A stretch of DNA of 64,000 nucleotides from Eledone cirrhosa (lineage: Eukaryota): positions 250,046,001-250,110,000 of the forward strand of contig OZ024740.1 in NCBI GenBank assembly GCA_964016885.1, in the 5' to 3' direction. The notes below the pieces were generated by a model, which made no database searches, had not been told where the DNA came from, and saw only the letters and a program-made list of their open reading frames with translations. How positions within the stretch are numbered: the first letter of the stretch is position 1; every line of letters starts with the position of its first letter. Shown here in pieces: positions 38,287 to 52,317 of this stretch. The position numbers were made by a program, and so were the translations under genes.

Positions 38287-38761
38287 GTAGCGAGATCTGT
38301 CCACGCCTTGAACCCTGGGTGACACCTAAAAGTCAAATTCTAGGTCATCATTCTTTTCAGCATGGACAGGTGCATGCGTGGGCGATCCCTGGAGACGGGA
38401 GACAAAAAGCGACAGGTATAAAAAGCCTGTATCATCCTACATCTAACACACAGAGAGATCGGAGTAGTACGCTATAGATAATAGCTATGTGAAAGATACA
38501 CCGCTACCTACAGGCCGCTGGGGTCTACAGACAACCACAGACCGTTACTCTCTCTCCTGGTCTCAGACTACACCAGCCTCAACAAAATAACATTGTCAAC
38601 CTTCGCGACTCGTGGTAACTTGTTTATTGTTCTTTTTGACTGAAGTGAAATAAACCTTTTCATATATAAAGTAAATCAGCTATTTTTGTTATTTCATCTA
38701 ACAACCACCACTTTGAACACCTTCGTTACATTGATGACTACTACTAATACCCTTCGTTACA
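38286..38761 (+). mobile_element. Solo LTR (probably Gypsy)
   Basis: TGTAGCGA...TCGTTACA inverted termini, TATA on both flanks, internal TATAAAA (~38417) and AATAAA (~38649). Confidence 0.72.
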
Positions 38762-39520
38762 TATAGCTATAACAATATTTGATCACTATATTTGATCACA
38801 ATATTTGATCACTATGGAAGTGGAAAAATGTGGACAGTAGCACCTGCAAGGAATGAAACCTCACATTATTTGCCATCTTTTAGAAGATTTAAAAAAATTA
38901 AAATTAAGGTAGTAGAAAAAACAGGTTTCTCCATCAAATCCTTAGCCAGCAGAACACTCTTTTAAGAACCCCCTCTCCAGTACTGATAGAAATTACGTAG
39001 TCAGTAAGGTAAGCTATCAGATAATTTGTAAGATTAGTAATGTTGTATGTACCATAGCATGCAGAGAGGGACAATGTAGGAATACTACCACAATGTACGT
39101 AAAAAAAATTTTTAAATGCCTTTAGTATAGGAGGAAAGAAGACTGGTAGGAATTCAGATAAGAAAAACTTATCAGCGCTTTTCCAACATGCTAAACTAGA
39201 ATATGGTGGCTTACTGGAAAACGAGGTAAAAATTCATTTCTTACACAGGGTTCAGACAGATTAAGGAAGCCGCCCATATAGCAGAAATTAAACTCACCCT
39301 CGATAGAAAGCTGGAATGGAATAATAGCAAAACCACAACCTAGTGACTGATGACAAAATACCATGATACAGAGGAATAGATAAACAGGAGCACACAGACA
39401 CCCCAACACTCAATCATTTTAACCAATGTTTCCATAAAACCTCTATTTTTGTACTAGTCATTGGTGATCACAAAAAGAAAAATGTAGTTTAGAGTTGGAA
39501 AGTTTTAAAATGTTACTTAC

Positions 39521-39682
39521 TGTGTCTAAATGAGTTCTCTGATGTTTTGCACGGTCTGAAGAGTTACTGAAAGCTTTTCGACATTCTGAGAATTGACATA
39601 GGTATGGTTTTTCACCGGTGTGGGAGCGTAGATGGATCTTCAGATTTTCCAATCTAGAAAAGGCTTTATTACAACCTTCATA
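39521..39682 (-). CDS. GLIS1/3: GLIS1/3 exon: ZF3 and ZF4
   Basis: Acceptor tttattgtag|TAT, donor ACA|gtaagt; 162 nt, phase 0/0; [54 protein letters not shown]. Confidence 0.97.
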
Positions 39683-40916
39683 CTACAATAAAAAAAGACA
39701 AGAAACGAATAAAATATAAAAAAAGTAATATATAATAAAACCAAAGTCCCCCCCCCCCCCCCCCCCCATCGAAAGAAAAAAAGAAACTAAAATAAATGTG
39801 TCTAATTAAGCCAAATATGGCAGAAGATATAAAAGTGAACAATAGACTATTGTAGTAGATTGATTTGGATAATGAAGTTCTTGTCATTGTTGGTGAATTG
39901 TCTTACAGATGTATCAGGTGATGAAGGTGCTTGCTTATTCCAGTATCTTAGCCTCTTTATCATTCACAGCAAAGCTACGTGTTTGATGGCTTGCCTTTAG
40001 AATAATTGGAGGAATCTCTGACGTCTCTTGAGTGTGCAGGTCTTCTCCCACCTTTTTTCTTAAATTCTTTTTTAAAATACATTTTTTAATATAAATTTTG
40101 TTTATATACTAATATATGAATTGTGTTTATCAATAAAAAAAAAACTCCCCCAGTATTCAGCTATCCAATCAACTGAACTATCTAGTCATTGAATTAGCAT
40201 GTAAATGGCTGAATATTCCAGACACAAGTATCCTTAATGTAATTTTAAGACAGAATTAGTTTGACACAGTGACAAAGTTGGACGTTTGAATTACAGGTAC
40301 AGTCAATGTAACGAGCCTCCATACAGTTTCCATTTACCCAATTTTACTCACAAGGCTTGGGTCAATATAAGACTATGACTGTGCAGCAAACTTATTAACC
40401 TTTAACCAAGCTGCCTATCTCTTAGCAAGAAGGCTATAACAAGTCTAGTGGAATGATTTAAATAATGAATATTACCTTTAAGAAAGATTACACCTGGGAG
40501 GTCCTTTCTATATAGAGAGGTAGCATATACTTTTATGTAACTGACTGAGTCTCTTACATGTTTTTGAATTATATATTAATTATCAGTTAAGGTCTCAATA
40601 ATAGTAATTTTTTATACATCTATTTACATCTACTGATCCCAGTACTTGACTGGTACTTTTTTTATTGACCTAAAAAAATGGAAACCAAAGTTGACCAACA
40701 CAGGATTTGAACTCAGAATATAAGAGGTCTAAACTAAATATCTACCGACTGCAAGTAATTTTGTTTGACGCTCTATTGATTTTACCAATTCACTTCCCCA
40801 TCATTTATTTTAATAAAAAAGTAAATAACTTAAAATATGAAATAGTAAAAATGCTTCCTCCACTTATCGTAATTAATTTCTCATATCAAAACATAACAGA
40901 CATAATTATGTATAAT

Positions 40917-41793
40917 TACCGTATAATACTCGTATATATGATGAGAAATATGTGACAAAAAAATTTGATGGTAAAATGGGACCGATTTATATTCGAGGTG
41001 AATATTTTGCTGATTTTCATCAAGTTCAAATTCTACAAAAATAAAGTTGTAAAATAAATGAAACAGTTTTTCTACATTTACTACATTGTCATGAGAACAT
41101 TGTGTTTTCCTATGATGTGTTCTGAATTATTCCTTTTTTTTTTTTTAGTTAACAGTGAGGTTGAAGGCACCCACCTTTCAGGTTTGAATGGGAATATTAC
41201 ATCGGTTTTACTTTGGAGATGAAATTTGTTATTCCTATTGTTTTTTATGTGTTTTGAATGAATTTAGCCTTCAAAATGGTTGGAAATTATTCGTTTTTAG
41301 TTAACCGAGTGAGAGAGTATGCCAGTGCGAGACTGGTGTAATTTTAAAAATCTACCTATAGCTTTAATACTTGTACAACGGTAAATAGTTTCCAAGATTT
41401 TTAAGGCACGCATTTCATTCAATGTGTATATTATAAATAAAAAAAAAAATCTGTTACATTAGCAAGATGGCACTATTGTTATCTGCTAAAAGAATCCAGC
41501 AAATTACTCCCAAAATATGAATGACCGGAAGTAAAGAAAAAATTTAGAAAATTTTTGAAATTTGATAAAACAGATGAAATGATAAAAATCATTACCCATT
41601 GGAGTTGTGGAACAAAAGCTATATTCTAAACGATACTTAAAGCATTTTAAATATCAAATTATCAAAACTTCATTAATATATTCATGAGAATTTCAGAACC
41701 ATGCCATCTAAACATAGATTATACACGGATTTGGATTTTTGCCCATTTCTCAGACATAAGGTATAAGGTCGGCTTACATTGGAGTATATATAC
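40917..41793. mobile_element. pogo/Tigger-like non-autonomous DNA transposon relic
   Basis: taccgtataatactcgtata left end and gtcggcttacattggagtatatatacag right end resemble pogo-family termini. Confidence 0.45.
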
Positions 41794-44700
41794 AGAACAA
41801 AAACAGACAACTGGCAGTTCATGGTATTTTAAAATTTTATTCCATTCGGTTACAGATGCAATTATAGTAGTAATTTGATATTCTCCTCAATAAAGTTTCA
41901 CACTATCAAGCGGCCACCTTTGATAGTCTCAGAGATAAGTTTCCATTGAGATTTTGACTTAACAAATGGCCATCAGTTTGTTTTCGTGTTCCAGAGACAT
42001 AAATAGCTGGTTTCCAGAGTCAAAGAGGACAGTTTCAGAGTTCCTACCGACCAGCTAAGATGTAGTGGTAAACTGTCTCACACACAGACCCCTTTGGGTA
42101 TCTCTCTCTCAGCCAGGCCAGCGAAATTCATCCCATTAACAGAAGTTTGGTAAATGAATTTTGAGAACAACAACACAAGCCTTGCTTTCTTATATTGTCA
42201 GCAATAGCCTCGTAGCAGGTTATTAAATTAATAGATATATTTAAGTTGCGATTTGGTTTTTATTTCATTACCTATGTGATCAGGGTAAATCCTTTACCCA
42301 AGGAATCATCACATCATCATCATCAAAATGAACACTGTAGCTCACTTGCACTGCCTGCAATCTCTGATCACACTGTATCAGGCACATCAATGTCCCTCAC
42401 CTACACATCTACACTCTGCACAAAACATGACCACATCACTAAGCAATCCACAAGTGAACAATGAACTACATAACTAACTAACATCACCAACTCATCTCGG
42501 GCTACATCTAAATAAATTCCATCGCTACACAGTGGCTCCCTCTTTTGCCGCAACATCCAAGACGTGGGAAAAAGCAAAAGAGTCACTAATTGTGGCGTTT
42601 CAAATGAAACATCGTTTTAAATTAGATACCTAAAATAATGTTTAAAACCAGCACAATGTATTCCACTGCACCTTAATTTAGACTCACCAAGTTTTAATTT
42701 ACAAGTCGGTGTAATGCGATATTTTCAAGACAACTGTAATAAAGTTATGTCGTTTCCTACTTTTGTGTACTAATAAAGTGAAAGTAAAATTTGAAGATAG
42801 TAAATAAAAAAAAAACTGAAACATAAACAAAAGAAGTTACTTAGTTTCTGTTTCTGTATAAACGCTGCCAGCAGATGACATCGTTTCACACAAATTTGTT
42901 ATTTTGTGTCTTTATTAAAAATCATTACATTAATATTTTTAAAGGCAGTATACAACATCTAAGGTGGTGAATTGGCAGAGTCATTAGAACGTCAGCTAGA
43001 ATGCTTTGCGGTATTCGTTTTGGCTCTCTGCTCTCTAAGTCCAAATTCTGAGTCAATTTTGCCTTTCGTCCATTCGAGGTCGATAAAATAGGTACCAGTC
43101 CATTACTGGGATCGATTCTTCCCCCTCTATGTCTTTTTCTATCATTTTCTGGAAGAAATCTGCTGCATTCAGACCTGGAGAGGAGTTGGGTTCTGCCAGG
43201 TTTGAAAAATTGCCCTAGAAACTCTGTATATCAATGTGGTGCCTCTATGGCTCCCTAATGAGTTGAAGGACCATACAGATGTAGCGAAATCTCAACACAT
43301 TTTCTGATGGTGGTTTTCTTAGTCTACCACACACAACCACCTTAATACTGACCAATGACCTCAAAGCCCCATAACTTAGATAACATTCTCTGGTTGAAGG
43401 ACTAACGGCACCAGTTGTATGCAGGGAGAACAATAGATAAAATGAGTCTGCTTTTCGACTCTGAGAGAGACAGTTTGTTCCTTCAGCCTTGCGATGTAGC
43501 GGCTTACGCAGTTATACACTCTCGCTAGTCAGCTTGTAGTGGCATTACTTCATATCTCGCAACAACAATCTTTCATGCGCGATTTGGTTAGGTTGACCAA
43601 TCGTGTAAGTCACGCATAAATACACTTCTGCCCAGCTAGAAGAAATTTGCGCTTCTATTATTGATTTAACTCTAGTTGCTGCTTTCACTTCGTCAAGTCA
43701 ACACCCTTACACTCCCGTGACTAAACTAGCAAGTTGTAACTGTAAAAAAGGGACTTTGGCCCTATCGGTGAGGGACCAACATCATTCTTCAAACATTTCA
43801 TTTTTGTTCATTTACTTTTGCGGCATGCTGGCAACAATTTATTGTAATCTTGTATGGTTGTAAATAAACCATTGTAAAAACGTTTAAAAGCCTTCTGGTA
43901 TTTCTGCCACCAATGAATCTGCACACACACACTAAAAATATAACTTCTGACATGATATGGGAAAATCATTTTTCCCAAGGTAATATCACCACAGCAAAAC
44001 AAGTGAGTACAATTTTTGACTTCGCTAACTCACTTGCCAACAAGTCACCTACAACTATGTTAAAGATTCATCTGCTTTCGTGGCGACAACCTTCAACCAA
44101 GCTACAACCAAATAATTTCAACATCAATAACGTTACATCACAAATATCATCTTTTCTTGCAACATAAACATATTTTTTAGTGCTAAAATCCTTCCTGGGG
44201 TCAACACTAGCTGAGATTGTTACCAATAAAGGTTAGTGAATATTACTAAATTTACACACATAACATGCTACAACTATACATGCATCTTTTTCTATTGTTG
44301 CACATGATTTCAAAGTAAATCAATGTTACAAATAAAAACATTAAAATTAGCTGTGTCTTGTTCATTTGTTTATTCTTATCCATGTGATTTGAGAAAATCA
44401 TCTTCCCCATGGTAATATCACTGCACACCATAACAAGTACAACTATTTGTTTCCTTGAATATGGCAAAGCTTCTCTTGGCTTACTGAGACCAACTTCACT
44501 TACTCAGTTGCCATTATTTGACCAGCAAGTTACTCACTCATCAACTTCACACTTCATTACTACTGCTACTACAAATGAACGAATCAACCAGGCAACAACA
44601 AACTAAAACTCATATTTGTAGTGAAATCTATCCACACATTGACCCCCAGGTTATTTTTCTGGGTTAGCTCTTTTGGTGCCAGTGGTTTGAGGTAGCAGGT

Positions 44701-46346
44701 CATTTTTGGGGTTAAGGCAAGATAAGTACTGAAGCCAGTCGAGTGGGAATCTTCCTACAGTAAACACAACAGTTTGCTCTGGTCTCCAACTGAAGACGCA
44801 TGATGTCTACCCGTCAAGCCATTAGCAAACATCTCTGTGGGCAGAGCCACAAGTAATAACAGCCAGCCACTTCTATAAAGCGAGTTACGTTGTATCGCTG
44901 CACACACCCATTTATCTTATCCAAACATACCTTACGCACTTTCTCCGCGTACACAATCTTCTCGTTTGTTGTTCATATCTTTTGGCCATAACAAAATGTT
45001 AATTCAAGTATTTCCGTCGTGAAATACTAATTAAATAATATATAGATGTAGTGGGAGTTTTCGTTCTTCTTCCATAACCCTAGTGGTGTGATCGGGGAAA
45101 ATCACTTTCCCCTCGTTATAAAACACATTCGCTTTCAACCGAAGTACACATTGGTTAACTACCGCAATTATCTACAACCAATATGAATCATCATCATCGT
45201 GCACTCTTCTACTACGGTAAGAACTTCAACTCACAATCACACTCAAACATCCTGTTACATATTGACAGCCGCTAAATTGGTGACCAGACCGTAGAAAAGA
45301 ATTTACAGTCTTCACACACGCTTAAATTAATGGCTGGATGATACTGGAGTCAGAACACTTTTACAAACATTTCTGATAGTTTCAACAAACATTCAACTTT
45401 TACAAAAATAAGTAAATAAGTATATAAACTCAACTTTTGACAAACTCAACCTTCATCAAAACACAGCACTGTCCCAAACACAAAATTGAACTACTGAAAT
45501 CAATCGATCAACGCTATAATCACACAGCAACAAAAACATCTGTGGAAACGACAACAGGTTATGTAGAAATAACAAAATCTGTGGGGACAAAAACATTCGT
45601 GAACACAAGAACTGTATTGAACTCTATTAAAAAAAAACTGTTATGTTTTTTATATAATTATTAGTTTTTTTTCTCTACCTTCATTGTATCATTCTGTATC
45701 ATTTCATTTTTTTTTCCCATGTAATTTGTTTTATGCATTACAACAAACAGTTTCAAATTGTATTTTAACGCAAACACGGGTATACAAAATGAATTCTCTC
45801 TTTTCTTATTTCACACCCCACTAGTTTTGAAGAAATAGAAAAGTTTTCAGATCGCAACAGCCTAGGCTCAAAGAGGCTCGCAAATTAAAATAAATTAGCG
45901 GACGCATATGCTACTTGAAATTGCATACAACACCAATAGCTATACTTCAATTTAGTCACGCATTCCCAACTGCTGAATGCACATTTGGTTTTTTTCAACA
46001 TATGTAGAGCAATTCAAGGCTCCATATACCTAAGATCAACATACATCTCGGCCCCATATTTTTCAAATCATATTCTAGCATTTCACTACCCCTTCTATTA
46101 TCGATCATCATCGCAATAACAAACCAAAACTCATTAATCGCCGCTAAACATACATAAAACATCTCTTGCAAAGTACGGTTTGCGAATCATTGCTATACCT
46201 AAAAACAATTGAACTTGTTATATTTAAGCAGTTATATCTAAATAATCAATAGGTCAAGATCTTTATTAAATACTAGTGAGGCAGTGTCGTCAGTAGCATT
46301 GAACGGATTTAATTTTTGGTGTCCTGGATTGGTATGCTGATAAATG

Positions 46347-47006
46347 GAAAAGAATGAAATGAAATTTCATTTCTCACTCTTAGTACGGCTGATACTTAAA
46401 TGTAAGTATGTATGTATACGTACATACATATATGTATACAGACGTACAGTAATATGTATATATATACATACATGCACACATATATATATGTACGTATGGG
46501 TTTACTGAACATTTATTATAATGTTCGGTTTGTTTGTAAACAAACAGCCCGATTTACGCCGCACATTCTTTTCCATTTATCGTTTTCGGTGCGCCCAGCC
46601 AACTAACTCACTCGATATGCAAATTAGGCTGCTCAGCCGTTAATATGCATAAGGAAAGTATATACTTTCAAACGTTCAATCATCTGACAGGAAGGTATAC
46701 GATGCTGACGATAGCTAATAAGCTTGAAACTAGTACATCGTTCCTGTGTCAGTGTTGAACAAAAAGGCGACGATGGTTGCCGAACATTGTACGGCGTAAT
46801 TCGGGCTGTTTGTTTACAAACAAACCGAACATTATAATAAATGTTTGGTAAACCCATATGTACATATATATATGTGTGCATGTATGTATATATATATATA
46901 CATACTACTGTACGTCTGTATACATATATGTATGTACGTATACATACTTATATTTAAGTATCAGCCGTACTAAGAGTGAAAAAGGAAATTTCGTTTCATT
47001 CTTTTC
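46347..47006. mobile_element. Foldback/MITE with about 215-bp TIRs
   Basis: 46347-46562 is the reverse complement of 46790-47006, with few mismatches. Confidence 0.9.
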
Positions 47007-47249
47007 TATATATATATAATATATATATATATATATCGAATGTAGAAAAGTAACACACGAGTTGATATATATAAAAACAAATAGTAGAAAGGAAAAAGAT
47101 TTTTTCAGTGGAAAATGTTGAGAATTTTTTCAGTGAAATATCAAAACATTAATTTATTTACAATACCGGTTTCAGCATTATATGCATTGCCACTTGCGGA
47201 TATGCAGAATATTGTTAAGCTGCATATTTGTACAGATAGTGATAATAAT

Positions 47250-47440
47250 AATAATTGTTTCTACTTTTGGCACAAGGCCAGCAAATACCCAGTACATTAC
47301 TGGTACTTTATTTTATCGACCCCGTAAGGATGAAAGGCAAAGTTAACCTCGGCGGGATTTGAACTCAGACCGTAAAGGGACGTAACTGTGTTGGAAAGCA
47401 TGGTGTCTGGCGCTCTACCGATACTGCCAATCCACCGCTC
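47250..47440 (-). mobile_element. SINE family A
   Basis: Full-length copy flanked by gtgataataataataat on both sides. Confidence 0.9.
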
Positions 47441-47646
47441 CTGTGATAATAATAATAATAAAAATAAAAAGGGGAAGACAAATTAATTTTCACATACATG
47501 TTCATTCAGAGAAGAGAGTTCATTTCTCTGTCCATCATTCTCTGCTAATAGCTATTAACATATTAATGTTTTGATATTTCACTGAAAAAATCTCTTCAAT
47601 ATTTTCTACTGAAAAAATATTTTTCCTTTCTACTATTTGTTTATAT

Positions 47647-48038
47647 GGAGGCACATGGCTTAGTGGTTAGCGCACTGGCCTTGCAATCGAAGGGTTGTGA
47701 GTTCAATTCTCAGACCGGGTGATGTGTTGTTTCCTTGAGCAAGACATTTTATTTCACATTGCTCCAGTTTACTCAGCTGTAGAAATGAGATGATAGGGAC
47801 TGGGGTCCATATCATTCCACTGCAAAGTGGTCGTGGAGGTGCCACAGCAAAAAAGCACCCAGCCCACAGTGTAAAGTGGACGTGGAGGTGCCACGGTAAA
47901 ATAGTACCCAGCACTCACTGTAAATGAGGTTGGTGTTAGGAAGGGCATCCAGCTGTAGAAATCAAGCCAGAATCAGTTTCCGTCCCACCCTTGCAAGCAG
48001 GGAAAAAGCGGACGTAAAATGAAATGATGATGATGATG

Positions 48039-48040
<2 letters not shown>
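47647..48040 (+). mobile_element. SINE family B
   Basis: Closely matches 12808-13149 but has two internal repeat units instead of one. Confidence 0.9.
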
Positions 48041-48070
<30 letters not shown>

Positions 48071-48122
48071 TTATTAAAATAACAGATTAAAGTTTAAGCA
48101 AAGTCTTCAAATTTATTATTAT

Positions 48123-48161
<39 letters not shown>

Positions 48162-48339
48162 GTAGAGAAGTGACACACGAGTTGATATGTATAACAAATA
48201 GTAAAAATTCACAATGTCTGCAATAGCTTATGCAACAAATTAGTCCTCGTGTATAAATTACATTTTTTATAGAATCAGTTGATGTATTTGCTTGATAGGC
48301 ATTGACATTTGGTTGGTGATGAGTTGTAAAATACCTAGC

Positions 48340-51300
48340 TCTTTCCAGGTTTAATCTGTTTTCTGCTTCGTTAAAATCACATTTGCGTGGTTTCAACCAT
48401 GTACGAAGTCGGGGAAATTTTGTGAGAATGGTTCAACAAGAGCAGAGTTATAGACCTGAAGTTATATAAAGCGTCCCTCATATTCTAGTCTTTCCTTATC
48501 AGCATTACTATACTCACAGAACTTGGAATACTGTTGTTCTGCTGCCAGTTGCAGTAGATGACTTTGAGGAGATTGAAGAAAAAGTCTGGCATGTCTACAT
48601 AAAACTCGTAGGAGGGACCATCCAAATCGGGTGACTTGCGCCTTGTGCAGCCGACCAGTGCATCCGAATCTCGGCTGCTTTTATCAGCTTTCTGTAGCAT
48701 TCCGCATCAGCTGGTTAGAGTCATGGCAGGCCATCGAGGCTGGAACTGAAGTCTACTACCATCTCCGAATCCTTGCTCTCCCTGATCAGTTGAGCAAAGT
48801 ACTGGCAAAAAGGCACACACATCTGTCTTGAATTGTCCAGCATGCGTACATCTCAGTCCATCAAAGATAGAATTATGGTTTTGTTACCATGCTGCACCTG
48901 TGCCCCTTGGGCCCATCAAACAGCTTTCGTTCCCTTGTTTCTTAGAACATGCACCTTAGCTCTGACAATGCAATCTTTGTGTTTTGCATTCTTGCTGCTA
49001 GCATGTCGGTTGCATTGCCACTTTTAATCACCTCTTCTAATTTAGCTACTAAATCCTCCTTCTTTCTAACTTTTTTTTCTATTGCTACTTCTTCACTAAA
49101 AGCTATTGATTCTACTCTAATTTCTCTCTTGAGAGTACTCCACCACTTGTTGATGACACCCCTTTGAACACCTGGGAATGATGTGTTAAGCTTCCAGTAA
49201 CCAGGTCCCTCACCTACGTGTTCTGAATAGGTAAACGTTCAGAATTGTGGATAACCTATGCTATCCCTATCTGCTAACCTTATGAAAAACCTATCTATAT
49301 ATGATCTAGATGACCCTATGTGGTTGGTCCAGGTTCACACTGGTGCAGTCGAGAAATCTAGTTGGTACCTCCCTCCCGCTCTTATCAGCTACTCTTACAC
49401 AATCCCAGCATATATCCAAGATGTCCCCCCTAACAGTAAAGGGCGAGACATTTCTAGAAAGGATTGCAGATGCCTAAAGAAATCCAGACATCTGGCCCCA
49501 GTTGGGGCATAGATGGCTGCCAGTCTAAAGGCATCACCTTTGCTATTGCTCATGTTCAGGGCCACCAACTTGCCGTCTGGATCTGGGAAGATTGTCTGTA
49601 CCTCGAGATCCAGACCTTTCCTAAACAGCACTGCTACCCCACCGCCCATTCCCAGCTGACTAACAAATGCGAAGATGTGATAGTCGCCAAAAATGGGGCT
49701 AGTGCGGGTGTGCCAGAAATCCTGATCTTCCTGACAGCAGTTACATCTATATCTAGTTACCTGAGGTCGTTCAGCAAGCGACCTTGCTTCCAGAATGACT
49801 CCAGGCCACGACAATTTACCCACTCTTATAACAGCCATGCTGGCTGGTTGGCCAAGAGAAAAAAAGGGGAGGGGCTGCTTACTCATCGGACTCTGCTGGA
49901 GATCGGGTGGTTCGACCTCTATGTTTGGTGGGATTTTTGGGAACCTTTTAAAAACCTCATACTAGTAGTTCCCATGTCACAATCCATACCATCATGAGAG
50001 ATTACGGCAATTTAAATGTGCTGGTGCCAAAAATTTCCCCCTCCTTCTTGATCTCTTTACTTTGTGCTATGAGGGTCATCAGATCTTTGTTGGCCTTTCT
50101 TATTAGCACAAAGTTTTCTGTATGAGGTGTAGTTTGCTGTTTATTTTGTGTGTTTGTGTTTTCTTTTAGTTGTGGTTGTGGTAGGGTTGATAGTGGTATT
50201 GATATTGGTTGTGTTACAAGTTGGGTTGGAGGTGGTGTTGTTTCAGATATGTTTGTATTTGGTGTGGTTGTGTATTTTGTGTTTTCTGGCATGGGTGTTG
50301 ATGTTTGGCAGGGAGTGTTGTCTGACCTTTTTTGTGGGTGCCTCTTTTTAAGTTTTGGGGTTTCTATGTTTCTTCTTCTTCACTTGGAGAAGAGGTTGTT
50401 GCATGTGTCCAATGAAGGTGGATGTGCAAGTATATTTGTGGTTTCGTGTGTGTTTGAAGCAGAGGGAGAGGGAGATGGAGAATGATAGAGAGAGAGGAAG
50501 AGCTTTCTTTTATGGACCCCTGGGTGGTTTTGCTGTCCTGCTGGTGGTACTGTTTTGTTGTTGCAGCTGGTGGTGTTGTTGGTTCCACAGTTGTTGTTGC
50601 AACTGTTGAGACCCTAGTGTTGACAGCAACAGGGTTCTGCGGCCCCCTGCATTTTTCAGCTTAGGGTAGAAGGCTCGTAGGTGGGATAATTCCCCACAGA
50701 CGTAACAGTATGGCCTTCAGTGAGCACTTGAATCTTGGACCCATTTGCGAACATAATCTGGGATGTTTTTAAGGTCCTCTGTTTTGATTTGGAGAGGGAT
50801 CTCCAAACCAGTACTCTCTCTGGGTCTTTTTCACATTGAGGAAGGTATTGAGACCTTCCACAGCCATGTATCCCAAGAGCCATCATAAGTCCAATCCTGA
50901 GATTGTTTGGTCCATTTTGCAATGGACTACCGAGTGTTTTATAGCAAGGGCCTCAATTTTGAAAAGCACGATGATGCCACCGAATTGTTTAGCCCTTGCT
51001 ATGTGTTCAACATTCTGTATGATGCATTTCAGTGCTGTCTCCAGTTGTGATTGGGGGTGGGCAGTTCTAATTGTTGGGATCTCACTAAAATGCATCTATA
51101 GTTAACGATTCCCTTTTCCGTTGTTGCCATCACCTCGGCTGGAACACTTAGGTTGGCTCAGGTCTTTTCCTTACTAATTAGTTGGGCTGCTGGGGCCAAA
51201 CATGGTTCTTTGTTCGAAATTTAACAGTTCTTGCGATTTTGCTGCTGTGGCTTCAAATGGGCTGTTGTTGTTCCTGTTGTTGCTACTGTTGTTGTTGATT

Positions 51301-51480
51301 TTGCTGTTGTTGTCACAGTTGCTGTTGTTGCTGCTGCTGTTTTTCTTTTCATTTCCATTGTTACTGTTGTTGTTGGCATTATTGTGTTTATTGTTGTTGT
51401 TGCTATTGTTATTCTTGAAGTACTTGTTGTTTTCACTTGTTTGTTGAATTTGTTGTTTCTGCTGCATGTTTTTTTTGTGT
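48340..51480 (-). mobile_element. Tx1/L1-clade LINE 5' portion (ORF1 remnant, APE endonuclease, RT start)
   Basis: GGGVAVLFRK, FRLAAIYAP, GPGYWKLN, KSPDLDGPSYEFY; (CAA)-rich low-complexity ORF1 region. Confidence 0.8.
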
Positions 51481-52317
51481 GTTATATTATTGACATTTTA
51501 GTTAACAAATGTCGGAAGGGCAAGGGTTACGGTTATGTCTAGGTTTAGGGGTTAGGGTTAGGGTTAGCATGTTTGGAGATCAAATTAGTCGATAACATGA
51601 AAAAAAACCTTTGAAAAAAAATTCCTACCAAACATGAAAGGGGTGTGCAACGCCGAGGGTCTTCCTCCCTTTCCCTCCTCCTTTTTCTACAAAGCTAGTC
51701 ATTTCCAGCTGATTTGGAGGTTAGATTCTTTGATTACACACGGAAAAAAATAGTAAAGAAAACTCCGGGCAGGGTTGTCCGAGGGTCCCTACCCTCCATT
51801 TCCTCTTACGTTTCCCTGGAAAAAGTCAATTGTAGCATGTTTGGAGGTCAGATGACCCGTCTGACCCATGCAAGCATGGAAAATGGATGTTAAATGGTTC
51901 TGATCTCTGTTTTCAAAATGGATCTCTGAAAATTTTCATTATGAAAAACACATTATTAAAAAATCTAGTCATTAAAAATGCATATATAAAATGGCTCTAT
52001 CACATAGTTCAGTGAGTTTTGGGATATTGTAGTGTATTACCAGCATGTCCTATCAACGACAGTAGATACGAGTCAGCGAGGGAGTCTTTATCTAGTCTCT
52101 TGACCTCTGTGACATAGTAGCCAAATTTCTCTCAAATTACACCCTATCACTGTCTATATATCAAAAAGGGGTTTTCCAGTATATCTTGGTCAAGATTATA
52201 CAATATGTCTAAAAAGATGAGATGATCACTGTTAGAATGTCTTTGATAATAAGTTTGGTCAATCAACTTGTCGACGGTAAATGAAGATAACAATGTAAAT
52301 CTTTGTTATAGTAAGGA

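Noticed and set aside
43200-45350. Coding-like patches (e.g. TKLASCNCKKG at ~43720; direct repeat ~43960/44392)
   Set aside because: Probably old transposon debris, but I could not assign a family or a continuous frame by eye; a tblastx/Dfam search is needed.
51174-51542. Poly-Asn/Thr/Leu ORFs as host genes
   Set aside because: (CAA)n low-complexity sequence at the decayed Tx1/L1 5' region.
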